A DNA stretch of 38,098 bases. Source: an uncultured Desulfovibrio sp. (GTDB lineage Bacteria; Desulfobacterota; Desulfovibrionia; Desulfovibrionales; Desulfovibrionaceae). Position 1 is the stretch's first letter. Every line of letters begins with the position of its first letter. Of the stretch, positions 1 to 8,576 are shown in pieces. The translations under genes and the position numbers were made by a program. The DNA lies in contig CAMLXE010000001.1 in NCBI GenBank assembly GCA_946490455.1, positions 1 to 38,098 on the forward strand, read 5' to 3'. Below the pieces are notes generated by a model. That model did not search any database. It was given only the letters and a program-made list of their open reading frames with translations, and had not been told where the DNA came from.

Positions 1-1
1 C

Positions 2-1972
2 GTCAATCACAAGATTGGTGAAACCCATGATGGCGGCGCTACCATGGACTGGATGGAACAGGAACAGGAACGTGGCATCACCATTACTTCTGCTGCTACG
101 ACATGCTTCTGGCGCAAACACCAGATCAATATCATCGACACTCCCGGCCATGTGGACTTCACTATCGAAGTTGAACGGTCGCTGCGTGTACTCGATGGTG
201 CTGTCGCCGTTTTTGATGCCGTAGCCGGTGTGGAACCCCAGTCCGAAACGGTATGGCGTCAGGCCAACCGTTACGGTGTGCCCCGTATCTGCTTCATCAA
301 CAAGATGGACAGAATCGGCGCCAACTTCTTCCGCAGCGTGCAGATGATTCATGACCGCCTGAAGGCCAAGCCCATCTGCCTCCAGCTTCCCATTGGTTCC
401 GAGGACAAGTTTGAAGGCGTTGTGGACCTTATTGAAGGACGTTCCGTCCGTTTCGACAAGGAATCCAAGGGTCTTGAAATGATCTACGGACCTGTGCCGG
501 AAGACCTGCAGGATCTCTATGAAGAAAAGCGCCTCGAAATGATGGAAGCCGTTGCCGAAGAAGATGAGGAACTGCTCGCCAAGTATCTTGATGGTCAGGA
601 ACTGACCAATGAAGAACTGCGTTCCTGCATCCGCAAGGCCACCATCAATCAGACGGTTGTGCCTGTTCTTTGTGGTACTGCATTCCGGAATATCGGGGTC
701 CAGCCCCTGTTGGATGCAGTTGTGGATTACCTGCCTTCTCCTCTGGATATCACTCAGATGGTCGGTCATGACCCTGATACGGGAGAGGAAGTTGTCTGCC
801 ACAGCTCTGATAAGGAACCTCTTGCCGGCCTCGTGTTCAAGCTGGCTTCCGACCCCTTCATCGGACATCTTGCCTTCTTCCGCATCTATTCCGGCCAGAT
901 TGAAGCTGGTACCACTGTGTACAACGCCAACACAGGCAAGAAGGAACGTCTTGGCCGTCTGCTGCGTATGCACGCCAACAAACGTGAAGACATCAAGAGT
1001 GCCGGTGCTGGTGACATCGTTGCCCTCGTTGGTATGAAGCTGGCTTCTACCGGTGATACCATCTGCGATGAAAAGCGTCCCGTGATTCTTGAATCCCTTG
1101 ATATTCCGGAACCGGTTATCGAGGTTGCCATTGAGCCCAAGACCAAGACCGACCGCGATGCGCTGTCTGCCGCATTGAACAAGCTGGCCAAGGAAGATCC
1201 TTCCTTCCGCGTAAAGGGAAACGAGGAAACGGGCCAGACCCTCATTGCCGGTATGGGCGAGCTGCATCTGGAAATCATTGTGGACCGTCTGGTGCGCGAG
1301 TTCAACGTGAACGCGAATGTAGGCAAGCCCCAGGTAGCCTACCGCGAAACCATCACGAAACCTGCCAAGTCGGACATGAAGTATGCCAAGCAGTCAGGCG
1401 GTCGTGGCCAGTATGGTCATTGCGTAATCGAGGTAGAACCCAATCCCGGCAAGGGATACGAGTTTATCAATTCGATTACGGGCGGTGTCATTCCCAAGGA
1501 ATACATCCCGGCCATCGACAAGGGTATTCAGGATGCTCTGAAGTCCGGCGTACTTGCCGGATTCCCCGTGGTGGACGTGAAGGTCAATCTGGTCTTCGGT
1601 TCCTACCACGAAGTGGACTCTTCGGAACAGGCCTTCTATGTGGCTGGCTCCATGGCCATTAAGGATGCTTCCAAGAAAGCCGCTCCGGCTCTTCTGGAAC
1701 CCTACATGGATGTAGAAGTCGTGACTCCCGAGGATTATCTCGGTGATGTCATGGGTGATCTGAATGGCCGTCGTGGTCGTGTACAGTCCATGGAAGCCCG
1801 TACCGGTGCACAGGTTATCCGTGCTCAGGTACCGCTGTCCGAAATGTTTGGCTATGCTACCGACCTGCGTTCCCGTACCCAGGGCCGCGCAACCTTCACA
1901 ATGCAGTTTGACCACTATGAACGTGTGCCTGCTGCCATTGCTGAGGAAGTCTGCAAAAAGGCTTCTGCATAG
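2..1972 (+). CDS. fusA: Elongation factor G (5'-truncated by window edge)
   Basis: Frame open from base 2 ([28 protein letters not shown]); motifs [43 protein letters not shown]. Confidence 0.99.
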   Translation, partial: VNHKIGETHDGGATMDWMEQEQERGITITSAATTCFWRKHQINIIDTPGHVDFTIEVERSLRVLDGAVAVFDAVAGVEPQSETVWRQANRYGVPRICFINKMDRIGANFFRSVQMIHDRLKAKPICLQLPIGSEDKFEGVVDLIEGRSVRFDKESKGLEMIYGPVPEDLQDLYEEKRLEMMEAVAEEDEELLAKYLDGQELTNEELRSCIRKATINQTVVPVLCGTAFRNIGVQPLLDAVVDYLPSPLDITQMVGHDPDTGEEVVCHSSDKEPLAGLVFKLASDPFIGHLAFFRIYSGQIEAGTTVYNANTGKKERLGRLLRMHANKREDIKSAGAGDIVALVGMKLASTGDTICDEKRPVILESLDIPEPVIEVAIEPKTKTDRDALSAALNKLAKEDPSFRVKGNEETGQTLIAGMGELHLEIIVDRLVREFNVNANVGKPQVAYRETITKPAKSDMKYAKQSGGRGQYGHCVIEVEPNPGKGYEFINSITGGVIPKEYIPAIDKGIQDALKSGVLAGFPVVDVKVNLVFGSYHEVDSSEQAFYVAGSMAIKDASKKAAPALLEPYMDVEVVTPEDYLGDVMGDLNGRRGRVQSMEARTGAQVIRAQVPLSEMFGYATDLRSRTQGRATFTMQFDHYERVPAAIAEEVCKKASA

Positions 1973-1995
1973 AGATAACATGCCTATCTGATTAC

Positions 1996-2030
1996 AAAAG
2001 ACCTTCCGAAGTTTCGGAAGGTCTTTTTAT
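1996..2030 (+). terminator. Intrinsic terminator after fusA, probably bidirectional
   Basis: AAAAGACCTTCCGAA-gt-TTCGGAAGGTCTTTT inverted repeat with A and T runs on the flanks. Confidence 0.9.
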
Positions 2031-2134
2031 ATTGTTCGGGGGAAAATGCTTTTGGTGGATCTTGTATCGATTGGGTGCACCGCTCTAGCCCTGTTACCCG
2101 GTAGAGCCTATGGGGAATCTTGCTGTTGAAGAAT

Positions 2135-3256
2135 TCAATCTTTCTTTAAGGAGGAGAATTGGGCTGCTGTCCCAAGATGTGTCAGGAAAAAGAGAGTTGC
2201 CTTTTCGGCCAGTTCGGCCTGTACCTGTGCTCGTTCGGGAACAGGACGGCATATTTCCGGCAGGGTTTGGGCCAAGGTTCCTTTTCCACAGGGAGAGGTG
2301 AGGCTAATGGCATCGGCATTGGTGATAACTGCATAATCCGCAGTGGCAGGAAGGGCAGCACGTATGGATTCCACCAGATACTGAGGGCAGAGTGTTTCTT
2401 TTTCTGCATGAAGCAGCAGTATGGGAATTTGAATTGAGGACAGGGTTGTTGGTTCTAGAAGCATACCATATGCAGGCGCGACAGCAACGGCAGCCCGAAT
2501 CCGCTTATCCAGAAAAGAGGTATTCAGATATGGAGTTGTCACAAGCGCGTCCATGCGTGGTTTTACCCAAGACTGACAATAGGGATCATTTTTTTTGCCT
2601 GTACAGTATTCATCCCATCTCTGTGGATCGAGTTCTCCACCCGCCAGCATGATTCCCGCAGTACCGCCTGGCCCAATTCCCAGAATACCAATATGCTGGG
2701 GGTCAATAAGAGAGGCTGTTGATGGGTGCTGAAGCAGAATGTCCAGTGAGGCACGAAGTTCTTCGACTCTGCTTATAAGTTGTGCTCCTGTGTAGAGAAA
2801 ACGCATGTCATTCAGATTATCGCCCGTATGTGTCGGGGCAATGACGACAAAACCATTGCGGGCAAGTTCACTGGCAAGCATGTGAAGGGAAAAGCGTGAA
2901 CCGGGGCTGTCATGGGAAAGAAGAATCAGGGGATGCTGGCCGGGAAGCGGCGTAGCTCCTCGGGCTGCAGAAAAGACCCAGTCACCGTAATCAAGTGTGA
3001 ACGGCGCACGTCGTGCAGGATACCAGATTGCAAAGTCCAGTCGGATTGCTGTTTCCGGTTCCCAAACGCCAAGTGTTTTGAATCCGGGATGAATCGTCTG
3101 GGCAGCCTGTACGGTTGCACAGAGCAGCAGCCATAGGCAAAACACAATCAGAATACGCACTGTCGCGTTTCGTTTCCAAAAGGGCTGAACAGGCCTGCCA
3201 TAAGGACTGGGAGCGTTAGCATTCAACTTTTTATTCCTTTTTGGGAAGAACATCAT
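2135..3256 (-). CDS. Exported alpha/beta-hydrolase-fold protein (predicted dienelactone hydrolase-like) with degenerate catalytic motifs
   Basis: Signal-like segment (ILIVFCLWLLLCATVQA), IWYPA, PLILLSH, LARNGFVVIAPTHTGDN, DKRIRAAVAVAP, two Cys pairs; GIGPGG where GHSxGG is expected. Start codon uncertain. Confidence 0.8.
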   Translation of the reverse strand: MMFFPKRNKKLNANAPSPYGRPVQPFWKRNATVRILIVFCLWLLLCATVQAAQTIHPGFKTLGVWEPETAIRLDFAIWYPARRAPFTLDYGDWVFSAARGATPLPGQHPLILLSHDSPGSRFSLHMLASELARNGFVVIAPTHTGDNLNDMRFLYTGAQLISRVEELRASLDILLQHPSTASLIDPQHIGILGIGPGGTAGIMLAGGELDPQRWDEYCTGKKNDPYCQSWVKPRMDALVTTPYLNTSFLDKRIRAAVAVAPAYGMLLEPTTLSSIQIPILLLHAEKETLCPQYLVESIRAALPATADYAVITNADAISLTSPCGKGTLAQTLPEICRPVPERAQVQAELAEKATLFFLTHLGTAAQFSSLKKD

Positions 3257-3730
3257 ACTGAGATAGGAAAAAATCGACAGGGTATCAAGGCGTACATTCC
3301 GGATTAAGGGAGAGATCTCTCCGAGTCAAACAGGATAGCTGCAAAAGAAAACATCATCTTATACTGAATGGACATTTCTTATCTGTATTTTTATTGATCG
3401 GAGTATCAGGAATACATCTTTGAGTGTTGCCAAACTATCTTTTCCGTTTTTAATTCACTGAACCTGTTGGGGCAATTGTGGCATCTCTTTGGTCGTTATC
3501 GGGGAGGCAGCGCAGGAGCTGGCACTTTCTTTTGGGGGATAGATAGACCAGCAATTATGAGAAAGCGATATGGGTACATTGAGCACTCCTTTTCACGCCA
3601 TAAATGAGGTGTTCCATCTGACACGGCAGATCTGGATGGAATCTCCAGATTTTTTTGTGCATTGCGGAGTTCGGGCTGTTCCAGAACAGAGAACCTTTTC
3701 TAATATGTTGTGTAAAAATGATTGAATAAG

Positions 3731-3763
3731 AAAAAAGGCCCTCTTTGAGGAAAAGAGGGCCTT
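3731..3763 (-). terminator. Intrinsic terminator after ribF
   Basis: Minus strand AAGGCCCTCTTT-tcctc-AAAGAGGGCC-TTTTTT just after the ribF stop. Confidence 0.85.
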
Positions 3764-3767
3764 GATG

Positions 3768-4781
3768 TTAGCGAACAGAGGAACGATCCGGTCTATTCTG
3801 ATTCAGAATTGCTCGAGCGCGTTCAGTATCTTTTTTTATCTGTGCCATAAGGGCTTCCGGTCCCGTAAAGGATACTTCTCCACGCAATCGTTCAACAAAG
3901 GCTACTTCCAGCTGTTTGCCATAGAGATCCTGACTGAAGTCCAGAAGATGCGTTTCGATTGTCAGGGCTCCCGGTCCAAAGGTTGGATTATAGCCGATAT
4001 TGGTTACTGCTGCATAAGCATGCTCCATATCAGACATGCTGTTGATTGTTGGGAGTCCATTACCCACACTATTGGACGGTACGGCCAGGGTGGCATAAAC
4101 CCCAGGTTTGGGAAGCATGGTTGCTACCGGTGCAAGATTGGCGGTAGGGAAGCCCAGCAAGCGCCCTCCCCTGTTTTGTCCGTGTATGATTTCACCACGA
4201 ACTGTATAGAGACGGCCCAATAATGCGCTGGCTTCCCAGACATCCCCCTGCCTGAGCAATTCTCGGATACGGGTTGAACTGACGACATCACCATCAACAC
4301 TGAGGGCTTCAAGGCGTTCAACCGCAAATCCTTCTCGTCTTCCCAGTTCTGCAAGAACTTCTGGAGTCCCTGCACGGCCTTTTCCCAAGGTAAAGTCATA
4401 GCCCAGAAAGAGTTCGCACATATGCAGATTATCCTGCAAAATGCGGTGCACAAAGGCCTCGGGAGACATGGCAGCGAGTTCGGGCGTAAAGGTGATCAGA
4501 ATAACAAGCGCCATTCCTGATTTTTCCAGCAGGGCAAGCCGGGTCTGGGTAGAGGTCAGTCGTGGAGGGGCGTGGGGCGTCAGAACTTCAAGAGGGTGAG
4601 GATCAAAGGTGATGGCAACAGGGAGAGTCCCTGCCTCTTCGGCACGTTTCCGAGTCAGTTCAAGCAGTGCCTGATGACCAAGATGAACGCCATCAAAGTT
4701 CCCTATCGTTACAGAAGTCCCTGCGCTGATGTCCAGAGGCAGGGGCATATCCATGGAAGAAAGTGTGCGGGTACAGATCAT
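3768..4781 (-). CDS. ribF: Bifunctional riboflavin kinase / FAD synthetase
   Basis: TIGNFDGVHLGHQ, TFDPHP, GYDFTLG, VSSTRIR, GRLLGFPTAN, GVYA, NIGYNPTF, IETHLLDF. Confidence 0.97.
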   Translation of the reverse strand: MICTRTLSSMDMPLPLDISAGTSVTIGNFDGVHLGHQALLELTRKRAEEAGTLPVAITFDPHPLEVLTPHAPPRLTSTQTRLALLEKSGMALVILITFTPELAAMSPEAFVHRILQDNLHMCELFLGYDFTLGKGRAGTPEVLAELGRREGFAVERLEALSVDGDVVSSTRIRELLRQGDVWEASALLGRLYTVRGEIIHGQNRGGRLLGFPTANLAPVATMLPKPGVYATLAVPSNSVGNGLPTINSMSDMEHAYAAVTNIGYNPTFGPGALTIETHLLDFSQDLYGKQLEVAFVERLRGEVSFTGPEALMAQIKKDTERARAILNQNRPDRSSVR

Positions 4782-4783
4782 GC

Positions 4784-5629
4784 CTAATGCTTTCCTGTAG
4801 CCTGAAGAGCCATTGCTATGGCTTCATTGAAAAGTCTTGCCGAGAGAGAGCCTCGAATGACAAGGTTGTTCACGAGAAAGTACGGGGTTCCCTGTACACC
4901 AAGGCGAGTCCCTTCTTCAATATCGGCATCAATTGCTGCCGCAATACTCTTCTTTTTCAGGTCCGAGGCCAGTTTTTTCATATCAAGACCTGCATCTCTG
5001 GCAGCTTCTTCAATGGCAGGGATTCCACGTTTCAGAACCTCATTCCGTCTTTCAAAAAGGAGGTCATAGAGAGCCCATGCCTTGTCATCTCCCTGGAGTG
5101 CCGCTGCCACATGATATTCGGCAGCCTTATGGGCAATCCCATCCTTATCAAGAGGAAAATGCTTGAACACATAGCGGACCTTGCCTTTATTCTGGTCCAT
5201 GACAGACCTGATGGTTGCCGCACTCTGTTGGCAATAGGGACAGGTGAAGTCGGAAAAGGCAACGATGGTTACTGGAGCATCGGCATCGCCTCTGATTGGC
5301 GTTCCTTCAAGATGTATTTCCTTGGGCTGGGCGATATCCATTTTCCATTGGTTAAGCAATGCCTTATGCCTGCGTTGATTGGAACCTTCCTGGGCGATAT
5401 CAAGAACAGATTCACTGTTTTCACGCAATATGCTGAGCAGAAGATCTGGATTCTTTTGCAGTGTCTCACGAAGAAGGTCAGGAAAGTTTTCCGATGTGAC
5501 AGCAAAAGGAGCAGCCGCATGAGCCTGATTGGCGGCAGAAGCCCATTTATCAGACAGGAAAAGCAGGTAAGCTGTAAGGACAATCCAAAGGAGGACAAAT
5601 GCCCAGAATATCTTACGGCCCAAGCGCAT
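4784..5629 (-). CDS. Membrane-anchored/periplasmic DsbA-family (Com1/BdbD-like) thioredoxin-fold protein
   Basis: N-terminal hydrophobic segment, coiled linker, GDADAPVTIVAFSDFTCPYC (CxxC), FKHFPL, GVQGTPYF cis-Pro loop. Confidence 0.92.
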   Translation of the reverse strand: MRLGRKIFWAFVLLWIVLTAYLLFLSDKWASAANQAHAAAPFAVTSENFPDLLRETLQKNPDLLLSILRENSESVLDIAQEGSNQRRHKALLNQWKMDIAQPKEIHLEGTPIRGDADAPVTIVAFSDFTCPYCQQSAATIRSVMDQNKGKVRYVFKHFPLDKDGIAHKAAEYHVAAALQGDDKAWALYDLLFERRNEVLKRGIPAIEEAARDAGLDMKKLASDLKKKSIAAAIDADIEEGTRLGVQGTPYFLVNNLVIRGSLSARLFNEAIAMALQATGKH

Positions 5630-5900
5630 GAGTGTATCCTTTTCTTTTCAGTCGTTTTCCGGTCGCCTTTGCTTGCCGGATTTCCCGAACCTGTTTCAGT
5701 GGATCCGTAATAGAGTCGTCCATCTGATAACAGGGGGATGAGCATCAGCCATCTCCCCGATATGTCTTCAATTCTGAATAGGGGATTTGAACAGACATCA
5801 TAATGTGTCATGGTCGCATACCACCTTACCGGGAGTGCCCGTCGGTGGCAAGACGTTGGGCGGTGCCTTGCACCACTGATTACCCAAAACATAAGACAGG

Positions 5901-5941
5901 AAAACAGAACCATCCCGTACCCTACGGATACAGGATGGTTC
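5901..5941 (-). terminator. Probable terminator after crotonase
   Basis: GAACCATCC...GGATGGTTC inverted repeat, followed on the minus strand by TGTTTT. Confidence 0.55.
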
Positions 5942-5990
5942 AAAGGTTAGGAGATATGGCAGTGTGTCATCTCCCCATATTTATAAGATC

Positions 5991-6758
5991 TTACTTTTTG
6001 CCCTTGTTAAGGAAGTTAGCCATGGCTTCCTTCTGGTCAGGATTGGAGAAGCAAAGACCAAAGGCCTGGGCTTCAAATTCCAGAGCTGTCTTCAGAGGAG
6101 CTTCAATACCACGGAGAGCGCACTGCTTGGTTTCCTGAACAGCAAACTGACGCTGCTTGATGATCTTCTTGGCGATACCCTTGGCCGTTTCCATCAGCGC
6201 TTCGGGTTCGGCTACGAAGTCAACCAGACCCCATTCCAGAGCCTTCTGTGCATCAATAATATCAGCGGTGTACAGGAGGTAACGAGCACGGCCCTGGCCA
6301 ATCAGGCGAGGCAGACGCTGTGTTCCACCGAAACCGGGAGTGATGCCGAGGCCAACTTCGGGCTGACCAAATTTGGCCTTGGTAGAGGCTACACGGATGT
6401 CGCAGGCAATAGCGAGTTCGTCGCCACCACCCAGGGCAAAGCCGTTGACAGCAGCGATAACAGGCTGAGGCAGGTTCTCAATGGCAGTCATGACAGCCTG
6501 ACCCTGACGGCCCCATTTGGCGCCTTCTTCGGGAGAAAGTGGCTGCATCTGACCGATATCGGCGCCAGCCACGAAGGAACGATCGCCTTCGCCGGTGATA
6601 ATCACGACCTTGATTTCAGGATCTGCGGCAATTTTGGGCAGGCAATCTTCGAGATCGGCCATAACCGCAGAATTCAGCGCATTGAGCGCCTTGGGACGAT
6701 TGATTTTCAGAATTCCGATCCCATCTTCCTTTTCAAGAATCAGATTTTCCCACGACAT
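5991..6758 (-). CDS. crt: Short-chain enoyl-CoA hydratase (crotonase, clostridial Crt-like)
   Basis: INRPKALNALN, FVAGADI, IAAVNGFALGGGDELAIACD, FGQPEVGLGITPGFGGTQRLPR with both catalytic Glu positions; RBS GGAGG upstream. Confidence 0.93.
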   Translation of the reverse strand: MSWENLILEKEDGIGILKINRPKALNALNSAVMADLEDCLPKIAADPEIKVVIITGEGDRSFVAGADIGQMQPLSPEEGAKWGRQGQAVMTAIENLPQPVIAAVNGFALGGGDELAIACDIRVASTKAKFGQPEVGLGITPGFGGTQRLPRLIGQGRARYLLYTADIIDAQKALEWGLVDFVAEPEALMETAKGIAKKIIKQRQFAVQETKQCALRGIEAPLKTALEFEAQAFGLCFSNPDQKEAMANFLNKGKK

Positions 6759-6797
6759 GATATAAACCCTCCAAACAAGGTTTTGTAGAATGCGTTT

Positions 6798-6838
6798 GAT
6801 ACGAAATTTATCGTATCGTTGACAGAGAAAGTCTCCAA
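6798..6838 (-). promoter_or_regulatory. Putative sigma70 promoter of crt with an operator-like palindrome over the -10
   Basis: Minus strand TTGGAG-17 nt-TACGAT; perfect inverted repeat GATACGA-N6-TCGTATC at 6798-6817. Confidence 0.5.
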
Positions 6839-6986
6839 GGAATGTTTACCTGTATGGATATACTTCGCTGTCTTCTTGTGGCGCTCCGTCTTGGAGTGGA
6901 GTGGCATGAACGGTTAGGCCGCAAGACAATCCCGGAAAAGAATAATCCGGGGCGGGGCATTCCTGGATGGAAGTGGCCCCAAAATT

Positions 6987-7826
6987 TTAATACCTAAAGA
7001 AACCCTGTCCTGTCTTCCGTCCAAGATGGCCGGCACGAACCATCTTGCGCATGAGCGGTGCAGCACGATATTTGCTGTCGCCAAATTCGGTATACAGAAC
7101 ATCCATAATGGCCAGGCAGACATCAAGACCAATGAGATCACCAAGAGCCAAAGGACCCATGGGATGATTGGCACCCAGTTTCATGGCTGTATCAATATCT
7201 TCAGGAGAAGAAACCCCTTCGGTTACCATATAGGCGGCTTCGTTGATCATGGGAATAAGGATACGGTTAACAACGAAACCAGGAGCTTCTTCTACAAGAA
7301 CAGGGGTCTTGCCAAGACTTTTTGCCAGTTCGCTGATGGTGGTATACGTTTCATCGGAGGCGGCAAGACCACGGATGACCTCCACCAGTGCCATTACAGG
7401 CACGGGATTGAAGAAGTGCATCCCAATAACCTTACTGGGGCGTTTCGTGGCCGAGGCAATGTCGGTAATACTCAGGCTGGATGTGTTGGTCGCAAGAATG
7501 GCATTGGGCTGAACGATTTCATCAAGCTCGGCAAATATCTTTTTCTTCAGGTCCATCCGCTCGATGGCCGCTTCGATCACAACGTCGGCATCCTTACCTT
7601 CTTCAATGGTGAGAATCCCTTTGATACGGCCAAGGGTGGCGTCTTTTTCTTCAGCAGAGATCTTTCCCTTGTCGGCCAGCTTGGTAAGATTTTTGGTAAT
7701 TCCGGCCAAGCCCTTTTCGACAAACTTGATATCGATATCACGGAGATAGACATCATTGCCAGCTTGGGCCGCTACTTGAGCGATACCAGATCCCATTGCA
7801 CCTGCGCCGATTACAAGAATTTTCAT
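6987..7826 (-). CDS. hbd: 3-hydroxybutyryl-CoA dehydrogenase
   Basis: [74 protein letters not shown]. Start placed at ATG 7826 behind AGGAGG. Confidence 0.96.
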   Translation of the reverse strand: MKILVIGAGAMGSGIAQVAAQAGNDVYLRDIDIKFVEKGLAGITKNLTKLADKGKISAEEKDATLGRIKGILTIEEGKDADVVIEAAIERMDLKKKIFAELDEIVQPNAILATNTSSLSITDIASATKRPSKVIGMHFFNPVPVMALVEVIRGLAASDETYTTISELAKSLGKTPVLVEEAPGFVVNRILIPMINEAAYMVTEGVSSPEDIDTAMKLGANHPMGPLALGDLIGLDVCLAIMDVLYTEFGDSKYRAAPLMRKMVRAGHLGRKTGQGFFRY

Positions 7827-7941
7827 AGTCTTCCTCCTGAGCAATGCCAGAATTAAAGGGAATGGGGAAATCCTTTCTCGAATAATGGATTCCTCTTACG
7901 CAGCCAGCTCTCCCGAAAAATCTTTTCTCGAGATTCATGTA

Positions 7942-7970
7942 ATCTTATCTTGCGGAGATGGTTGCGTCAA
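7942..7970 (-). promoter_or_regulatory. Sigma70 promoter of hbd
   Basis: Minus strand TTGACG-17 nt-TAAGAT, located downstream of the MaoC-gene terminator. Confidence 0.65.
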
Positions 7971-8033
7971 CCCCTCTTTCGTGCTGCTGTTGAAACTTGT
8001 CGTGTTCCGTTTCCTTTGATCTTGATTACCCAA

Positions 8034-8078
8034 GAGAAAGACAGGAGTGCCATTTATGCTCTCAAATGACACTCCTGT
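8034..8078 (-). terminator. Terminator after the MaoC gene
   Basis: 15-bp stem ACAGGAGTGTCATTT/AAATGGCACTCCTGT (G.U pair valid on the minus-strand RNA), then CTTTCTCTT. Confidence 0.7.
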
Positions 8079-8087
8079 TTGTTGAAA

Positions 8088-8501
8088 TTACTTGTCGAAC
8101 TGGACGCGAGCCTGACCGTCGGTCACGACCGTTCCATCTTCTTTTTCTACCCAGGTGTGCAGTACGAGACGTTTCTTGGCGTCATCCTTTTCGATGACTT
8201 CAACCCAAGCAGTTACGGTATCGCCAATAAAAACGGGACGCTTGAACTTCAGTTCCTGTCCCATGTAGATGGTCCCTTCACCAGGAAGTTTCGTTCCCAG
8301 TACAGCGGAAATCAGACCTGCACTGATCATGCCATGAGCAATACGACGACCAAAGATCGTTTTCTTGGCATATTCTTCGTCCAGGTGCAGAGGATTATGG
8401 TCCGTGGTCACCTGTGCAAACAGACGGACATCTTCATCTGTAATGGTTTTGGAGGTACTTTCCTTGGTACCAATTGCCAGAGTTGCATATGTCCAGGCCA
8501 T
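8088..8501 (-). CDS. MaoC-family (PhaJ-like, (R)-specific) enoyl-CoA hydratase
   Basis: Hydratase-2 motif FAQVTTDHNPLHLDEEYA...FGRRIAHGM, LPGEGTIY, FKRPVFIGDTV; 137-aa single hot-dog domain. Confidence 0.92.
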   Translation of the reverse strand: MAWTYATLAIGTKESTSKTITDEDVRLFAQVTTDHNPLHLDEEYAKKTIFGRRIAHGMISAGLISAVLGTKLPGEGTIYMGQELKFKRPVFIGDTVTAWVEVIEKDDAKKRLVLHTWVEKEDGTVVTDGQARVQFDK

Positions 8502-8539
8502 GATAGTCGCCCCTTTTCAGCTAGTCGGGCGTGACGTTC

Positions 8540-8563
8540 TCCGACGGTCACAAGACCGTCGGA
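8540..8563 (-). other. Intercistronic stem-loop between the CoA transferase and MaoC genes
   Basis: TCCGACGGTC-acaa-GACCGTCGGA perfect 10-bp stem without a U run. Confidence 0.55.
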
Positions 8564-8576
8564 AATTCAAAACGTC

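Noticed and set aside
5269-5943. 224-aa minus-strand ORF overlapping the DsbA gene
   Set aside because: Out-of-frame overlap with atypical composition, and it begins inside a terminator hairpin.
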